Shown here in pieces: positions 32,685 to 40,169 of a stretch of DNA of 40,169 nucleotides (position 1 is its first letter; each line of letters starts with the position of its first letter). The DNA lies in the NCBI GenBank assembly GCA_000934665.2, contig JYFJ02003562.1, positions 1 to 40,169 on the forward strand. Reading direction: 5' to 3'. Both the position numbers and the translations under genes were made by a program. The notes beneath the pieces are model-generated. The model did no database searches. It was not told the DNA's origin and saw only the letters and a list, made by a program, of their open reading frames with translations. The stretch is from Catajapyx aquilonaris (lineage: Eukaryota).

Positions 32685-35600
32685 TGAATTTGTCTTCTGT
32701 TATCGAATGTATTAAGTTTTACGCGGGTTCAAAAATGAACAATCTCTAACAAAAATATGATCAAGTAAATGTGAAAAGATTTCTGGAATCTTGGGGAGGT
32801 ACCAAGGTCTCGGTTCCTCCAACAACAAATGAAATTTGCAACCAGTAGTTTTTGCAAGTTTTGCTCGGGATGTTCAAGGGAAACATACACAGTACATGAA
32901 TGGAAATGAACTTTTTTACATTGTGACTACTTGGTACTCCCGGAAATTTGACATCTCCGTATTTCTATTTGAATTCAATTTTCTGAAACATGTAAAATTA
33001 CAGGGAAGTTCCCCACTGCTCCATAACTAAAGGCTATAATCCTGAGTAAGTCTTTTTGCGGGTTATTAGAGAACAGCTCATGAATGACCCCGTGTGCTAC
33101 CCGCACACGCAAAACTGGTGTTTGAAAAGTACCTGCGCGTCCCATAAAACATGATAGCCTTTTGTGTATTCGGCTGCCAGTCTTTTCCAGCATAACCTGA
33201 CAGGCGACGCATAAAAAAGGAAAATAAAAAGCAAACGCCTTTGGGGCAGGGTAAGGTTTGAAGGGCATTAAAATGCTGCGGGGAATGACGTCAGAAATTT
33301 TGAAATTGAAAAGAAGTATTTTGAAGAATGTGGAATATTGTTACGATTTGTCCGTGCTTATAACCGTATAACTATTCGATTTTGTTCATAAATACCACCA
33401 ATTCCAATAATCAAAACAACAAGAATTTGTGGAGCTACTGCCATAGTGATACCGTTCTCCGCAAGTTGAGAATAAAATGCATACAATAATGAGACTCAAA
33501 TTATGCGCACGGTGCATCAAATTTTGTAAATCACAGCTACGTTTAGCGATATGTTTTAAACTTTAGAACATATTGCTTCAAGTATTTATTAACTATAATT
33601 ATTTGTGTCAAATGCACAAATTATTTTCTACTGATTGATCCAATCATGTTTCAAATTACCGATCTGAAAAATCACAAAATGAAATTCTTATTACTGCTAC
33701 AAGTATTTCAGCAAATTTCAATAACTAAATAGCTGCCTTTAAAATGCCCTTTCTTAATTTTTAACTGCGTGTCTGCTATTATACTGCATAAATGATAAAT
33801 CTGAATGATTTTGAAACACCATATTTATTGAATCCTCATATTTCCATCCTCAGAAGCAAACTGTGCCCACCTATCTATAAGGAGGACAACATTTCACAAA
33901 GTTACACAGCATATTTGCTTAAATGGCGGTATCCATCAGAAAAATGCATGTTCGCCTAATTGATCATCACGATCGCACTGCCCACTCCCAGCGTGAAACA
34001 AATCAAAGCCTTGCGTACCACATGACGAATGCTATAAATCAGGATGACAGTTCAGAAAAAGGGACAAGCCCGAGATTATTTTTTGGAGCTCCTTCTTTGT
34101 GTCCTGTATTGCATTAGGACACACAAGAACCCCCCTGGTGTAGTCCGATCTGCTTACAACAAGCTTTGTGGTGCTAGCCAATCTTTGGTCTTCTTCTTTA
34201 TTTCTACAAGTCATCCGACATCGTTGAAAAAAAAAGACTGTAGGTGTCAAACGACAAGGTGTAGATGGGGACCGATCCCACACTATGAGTGGGCAAGGAA
34301 ATCGTGAGCTCCTCAGAGCAGACCATCTAGATCCAGAGAAAGAGTTGGGTGGAGGGGGTTTTCTTTTCTTCGTTTTTTTTGTTTCTTTTTTCTTTTTCAC
34401 GCGGTGGGTGATTGAATATAAAGGCGCCGTTTGTTTTCTCCGAAACGACCGTGTCTCAGAAGATCGATCCGGTCGTTTAAGTGCTCAACATGTTGGAAGA
34501 GGGGAGTTAAGATCCGGACCTAATCTGTGAATAATGAGATGGCTCATTGAGGCCTTAAGGGAAATGAGGGATGCTGAGAGGAGTTACAGGACCTATAGGG
34601 GATGAATTGTTATCTGTTAGTGGGGAGAAATTCGTTAACTGTTGAGGTCCACCCGTTTGGTGTTGTGGTAATAACAGTGCTGGGATCTCGATTTGTAATG
34701 GGAGGACATTAGGGACTATCTTGGGGCACCTGCACTGCGATGGAATGCTGTCAGCCACGTTGAGATACACAGATAGGTATATTTGCAGGGGGAGCCAATG
34801 GCAGGATAGAAATCATGGCTGCAGCCAATAAAATCACTCGACCTTCATCACGAAGAATCGTGGAATTTACTATACCCATCGTGAATACTTTTTCAGCGAT
34901 CTGTTGTTGATCGAATCTAGACATGTTTCGGTTCAGTCCATGCGATCAGAATTCAAGTCAGATCCAGAGTGACTCATTCGACCGATATTCGAGGGCTGAT
35001 TGAAAGTTCACGCACAAGATACCAACATGGACAGCCAGGACTGATTTAAAACAATTGTCCTTGCAAACTGTTTCAGGTTCCCGTTAGTGTAAAGATGAGG
35101 CAAAAAGACAATCATGAAAGTCGATGTGGGCTCGAGGACTTGATGCCCTGCCAAACCTTCCGGAAGGGCGCGGCAGAAAAATAACATGAAGTACTATTGC
35201 CCAGACACGCCTTCTGACAAACCGTCTTTTTCTGCGCCCAAACTTGGGCGTGTCCGGACCGTTCCCTAATATTCTGTGCCAAAAGACATCTCCTAGAGTC
35301 AGGCCTCGGTGCTAATATGTATTCTGGTATGATCCTGGAGAGGGAGAGAGAAAAGGGAAATGAGGGTTGGGTATAGACCGACCGACCCAGACGCGTTCCA
35401 TCGTATGTAAATCAGGTTTTCCAGTCGGACTTTGATGGAGTAGTGTTGGGTTCCGATCGGAATTCGTGGGCAGAAAGAGGGCGGGGGGTGGACGCAAGCA
35501 GGGGCAATGCTTTCTTGTATTGGAATTCATTCCCGTACAGTGCCAGTGGATATGCTCCGACGAATAGGTACACACATGTGACGTCGCACGTGCCATGCGC

Positions 35601-36368
35601 GAGCCACAGGTGCACGATCAGTACTTGACATTCACACGAGCAGGTGTTGGAATATTGGCTAGAATTTTATCTGTCCCGGACCATATGGGTTGTGGACCAG
35701 ATTGACCTCCGGCGACAGAATATTAATACACGACGGGTTTCGCAATAATTAATCTGCCATCCGTACAGCATCTTCCAGCCCCAGGCTTTTCCACCACAGC
35801 AGGCAGAAACATACTGTACATGTTTGTATTACGAATGAAATCATGCGAGATATTCGTACATAAGTGTTGTAGGTTATTAACTGACTCCATATTGAAGCAA
35901 TTTTGTCAGTTATTGTCATATTTGGCTGCCTCTCCACTGGATGATACCGGCCATGGAGCCGAAATTTTTTTTTCCAACCTTCCCTCACCTGCAAGATATT
36001 TTCTTCTTTTTGTGAGTGTTGGTGGAAGGTGGAAACTAAGTCGGTCCGTGGCTGCTTGTCATCATTCCCCGGTCGAGCGTGCTGTGAAAGCCCCTCGCAG
36101 CGCTTTTGACAGAAGCGGACCGAGGCAGCAAAAGCGAGATGGGGCCCTCAGCCTCCCGCCCGCCTTGATTTGTCAAGCGTCTTTATCCTGCTGTGAAGAC
36201 GAATCGGAGGTGAGATGGCGGATGGATGGATGCTAGTAGCATGCTCTGCCAGGGGATCCTCTTTTTTTATTGTCCATATGCATAAACTGTCAAGATAATT
36301 TGTGCGACGTTATGAAACCGGACCTATTTTTTTGTAGTTATACCCATTTTGTGTTGTGGTTTTTGCAG

Positions 36369-36446
36369 ATGAATCAACTGTGCAGAGTTTGTGGTGAACC
36401 TGCGGCTGGTTTCCACTTTGGAGCTTTCACGTGCGAGGGTTGTAAG
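36369..36446 (+). CDS. eg: Knirps/eagle-like exon: first zinc finger
   Basis: ttttgcag|ATG AAT CAA CTG TGC ... TGT AAG|gtaaca; 26 codons, with the ATG directly after a splice acceptor. Confidence 0.93.
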
Positions 36447-38020
36447 GTAACATTTTTTTTTCTGATGCACGAATTGGCTCACCCTGTGGTAGGCTAAATC
36501 TTATTAATCCTACCACCTTGAAAATTCTTTTGCTCTTTTTTTTATTTTCTTCCTCCATCTCCGGCCCGTTTCTTCTCTTGTATTCCGACACTTGCCAGAC
36601 GGGAGCTACAGATATAGTTAGTTCCAGTCGGTTCTCTTTGAAGTTTGCGCCACGCTTTGCCTAACACTTTTCCACCGTTGGAACGAAACAGAACGACAAG
36701 CTATCATTAACACTCGCAGTTTGGCTCCGATCACGTTTCTAGAAAGCTGGATTTTGCAGTTCGTAAAATTTTGGGTCCCACCTCGGAATGGCAGGTTACG
36801 CAGCAACATTCCTTTCATGAGGAAATTATTATTTTTTCTTTTCCTTAGAAAATGTGTTCGCTTTAGTTTATCGGCAGTTGCATCGGGGATGAGGTAACGG
36901 ACGACAGGAAATTGTCCATTGTGTTTCTGGCCGGTCACGTTCCGTAAGCATAGATGCGGGGAAGGCATAAACCGGTATTGCAATCCCTTCATTTGTGTAT
37001 TATTATGGTCCAAATACCTCATCTATGCAGGCGTGAGAAGAATGACTATAACCAGACATAGGCCGGTAATAAGTTTTTTTTTCTAGTAGGTTCACCGCAA
37101 TTTAGGCCTTATTTGCCTTGTTATACAGTAGTTTTTGAAAGTGGGGCCTTTGTCTAATTGACTGTCAACATGTCTGGATTGTTAAGTGCAGCTTTCTCCT
37201 TGGGTGGTGGATGAATCTGCCTTTCTTAGAGGTGACCCAGAGGTCTCGTTCGTTGCAGTCCTTCTTCGGTCGGACCTACAACAATCTGTCGGCCGTCCAG
37301 GAGTGCAAGAATGGCGGCCAGTGCGTCATCAACAAGAAGAACCGGACGTCCTGCAAGGCTTGTCGTCTCCGGAAATGCCTGGTGGTTGGCATGTCCAAGA
37401 GTGGGTCTCGGTATGGACGGAGGTCCAACTGGTTCAAGATCCACTGCCTCCTGCAGGAGCAGCAGGGACAGCAGGGGTCGTCGCCGGAGAAGGACGCGTC
37501 GTCTTCACCTGCGGATAGAAACAAAATGGCTTCCAGCAGGTGCAACCCTGGGACAAGCTTTATGGGTATTGGGGACGGGGTGTGGCCGGGGACAGCTGGA
37601 TTCCTGCCGTTTCCGTCCGGTCCGGATATGTCCTCTTTGGTTCCGTCCCCGTTTTCAGGGCTGGGACTGTACGCGGCTAGGAACATGTTCTTGCCTTACT
37701 TGGGACAGACCTTTCCGTCGTTGCCGCCGGGACAGTTGAACAGACCGCCTGTGCCGGTGGCGGAGGAGGAAAAGAAGAGTCCCGAGTGTGTCCCGGGAGA
37801 AGTGGCTCCCGAACAGGACAGGCCGATTGACCTGTCCGTCAAAAGTGGTGCTTGCGTGTCGGGAAGTGCTGTCCAGGATGAGGAGGTGCAAGAGAGTTCT
37901 GATGAACTTACGGATGAGGAGGATGATTCCATAGAGGATCAGTCGAGTGACCAAGAGACTAAGGTTGTGAATGCGATGACAAGAACTAGTGCTCCTCTTG
38001 ACCTTACGAGACGAACCTGA
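36369..38020 (+). CDS. eg: Knirps-family (NR0A; kni/knrl/eagle) orphan nuclear receptor, eagle-like, 279 aa, join(36369..36446,37259..38020)
   Basis: [36 protein letters not shown]...[38 protein letters not shown] is the knirps DBD plus kni-box. There is no LBD; PIDLSVK and C-terminal PLDLT motifs are present. The family call is firm. MNQL and RTYNN resemble eagle more than kni/knrl, but the paralog call needs a phylogeny. Confidence 0.93.
37259..38020 (+). CDS. eg: Knirps/eagle-like exon: second zinc finger, kni-box, repression domain
   Basis: cgttgcag|TCC TTC TTC GGT CGG ACC TAC ... ACC TGA; in frame with the previous exon. Confidence 0.94.
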   Translation, partial: SFFGRTYNNLSAVQECKNGGQCVINKKNRTSCKACRLRKCLVVGMSKSGSRYGRRSNWFKIHCLLQEQQGQQGSSPEKDASSSPADRNKMASSRCNPGTSFMGIGDGVWPGTAGFLPFPSGPDMSSLVPSPFSGLGLYAARNMFLPYLGQTFPSLPPGQLNRPPVPVAEEEKKSPECVPGEVAPEQDRPIDLSVKSGACVSGSAVQDEEVQESSDELTDEEDDSIEDQSSDQETKVVNAMTRTSAPLDLTRRT

Positions 38021-40107
38021 GTAGAATAGTCTTGATCTGTACAGTGGCCACGAAAGCAAAGCTTATTGTTCATAGTTGGAGTAAAATTTATTTTTGTTTG
38101 ATTTATTATGTATAAAAGTATGTGTGGATTTCCAAAGACGTAACATTGGTGCTCTCTGTATACGGGGACAGTACCCATTGGAACTCTTTGTTATGATGTG
38201 TTGAGGTGCTCTTTTGATGTGCATTCAATTTGCCTTTCAAAGGATCTGCTGGGCATAGGTCGATTTGTTTTTGTTGCGCTGATAGTTTTTAGTGGAAGAT
38301 GCACCTAATAATAATACGGTAATGATGGTAAACATGAAAGTCAGTTTCATCTTGAGTTGTAAAAATTGGGAATTTTTGAGTTTCAAATACACGTAGGACC
38401 CTTCCACACATTTACATGCACATTCGATGACAATTTTATTGCAAATTTTAGACTTTTTTGAGTATGTGTCAGTTTTATTAAATATCGGCTCTACCGTACA
38501 ATGCGTGACTCAAAACATTTGACGCCATTTTACCCGATTTCGACAACTCAAGAAAGAGGCAGGGAAAATTGAACTTTCCTCATTAACCTAATATTATTAC
38601 CAGAAAATTGCACTTAAAACTTTGGTACAATGAAGAAAAATCGATCCATGGACAGATACTTTCATAGGATCCCTTGTTACTGTTCATAAACGTTAGTGTC
38701 TAGTGGTATACCTGGGTACATAAACCAAATTCCAGTTCCAGTTAATGCGAGATATATTATGCTGCACTTTAATTTAAAAGCAAAGATGAAAACCTTGCGA
38801 TTTATTCGAAAAATCGCATTATTTTAAAGCGATAAAAACATTATGACCAGTTACTCATCGTCTTGAGTTCCCGCACATAAATATCAATTGCTGCATTGTG
38901 TAATGCATAAATATTTGTTTGTGAAACTCCACAATTTTTGGTGCCGAAATAGCTTTTAAAAATAAAGTGTATATTATGTTATTCTTGGACATTGACGTTT
39001 GACAGCTGTGTGTGACAATATTTATTAGAAAGACTCCCTTGCAGACCCCTAAACTATGTATAAGAGTGTCAGGATAAGTCGGTGCAGCATTGTTTTCACA
39101 AAATAAAATTCAGTGCATAGCAAATGGAGCTCATGTATTGGGAAGCTACGATGAATACTGCGCAGGTACGTACGTCGTAGTAAACAAATTGAAACTATAC
39201 GGAAGCATGTTTGGCATCAACCTCGTAGTACAGGCATGTATGTACACCGAGGAGGAATACCAAAAGGTGCTTTAAATATTAGGCTCTTACGCGATTGGTA
39301 GCTATTTTTATCATGATCACCACAAAAATTCACTTAGAGTTAATTAAATTGATTATTAATTTTTAAAACATTGCATAAAACTCGCTTGCTCTGTCAAATT
39401 CCTCACTGACTGGGTGAACCAAGTTTAGTGCGAGTTCAAGTCGGTTAAACGATATTTCTTCGTGAAATTGTCGGATGGTTATATAGCTGCAAAGATGGTG
39501 TAATGAGGACAACACCTATCCCATAATTTATCACAGCTACCATTCATGTGCCTTCAAAAACGTATATTTCTTTGTCCTCCGTAATTTTTGATATCGCGTC
39601 CTGAGAAATCCGGTTTTGCCATTGCAGTATCTGTGTTTTGACCGAAAAGATGAATGGGGTCGTGACAAGGTCTTAAGGTGGTGTATTTTGACTTTTAAAT
39701 AAAGGATGCTATAGTCAGTGCCAACTCATGTGTAACTTATGATCATGTGAGGAGTTGAATAATAAAGAAACAATTTGAAAAACTTGTGTAGCCCACATTT
39801 GTTAATTAATGACACTTTATTTATTGCCCTTTTTGGGCATTATATTATTTTTCTCTTAGGACACTGTTGCATAGTGATGGAGCCGGAATTTGGCAGGAAC
39901 TTCAATGAGTGTAAATGAAAATAAGCTACTGTATAATTATGGTCGATTTAGCAAGGATTATGACGTCATATGCTGTCTAAATACTAATGTGATTAGTACC
40001 TGCACTGTATACGTATAATTGTTTGGGGGACATCACAGAGTTATTCTTCTGCGTTAGGCCGCACATATTATTGCGAGGGGTCCGCCATTCGAAGATTTTT
40101 TGTACGA

Positions 40108-40169
40108 GATTCAATGAATCGCCTGATTCAACACTGATTCATTGATTCAGATGGTGATTCACAGATTCA
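40108..40169. repeat. GATTCA motif array running off the window end
   Basis: Six direct GATTCA copies (40108, 40125, 40136, 40144, 40156, 40164) and one inverted copy (40115). Confidence 0.7.

Noticed and set aside
37211..37258. ORF-track N-terminus [16 protein letters not shown]
   Set aside because: Intronic read-through upstream of the acceptor at 37258. The true N-terminal zinc finger is in exon 36369-36446.
37186..38178. Several long alternative-frame and antisense ORFs over the knirps-like exon
   Set aside because: Shadow ORFs expected from GC-rich coding sequence; no protein features.
39090..39275. 61-aa ORF with protein-like composition
   Set aside because: Non-ATG start, no recognisable homology and no clear splice context.

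Overview
This is intron-containing eukaryotic DNA, most likely from an arthropod, since knirps-family genes are arthropod-typical. Two protein-coding genes are supported, both on the + strand. (1) The last 8 coding exons (396-9573, about 599 aa from the GAMEN motif to the stop) of an M1-family puromycin-sensitive aminopeptidase (Psa/NPEPPS); its 5' part lies upstream of the window. (2) A two-coding-exon knirps-family (NR0A, eagle-like) nuclear receptor of 279 aa (36369-36446 + 37259-38020), with a C4 zinc-finger DBD, kni-box, no ligand-binding domain and two CtBP-type PxDLS/T motifs. Between them lies about 26 kb of CpG-rich non-coding DNA that looks like the regulatory domain of the transcription factor. 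It holds nuclear-receptor half-site arrays, a bHLH site cluster, a duplicated promoter-proximal block and a candidate upstream exon or recursive splice site. Small non-autonomous mobile elements can be read directly from the sequence: a complete 305-bp Helitron inserted at the apex of an AT-rich palindrome, a Harbinger/Tourist-type MITE with TAA duplication, two copies of a tRNA(Arg)-derived SINE family, and a Transib-like end with an RSS-like heptamer/23-bp spacer/nonamer layout at the window start. There is also an 87-nt near-perfect hairpin. Most other ORFs in the track appear to be noise. No prokaryotic systems or CRISPR arrays were seen. All calls were made by eye, without database searches.
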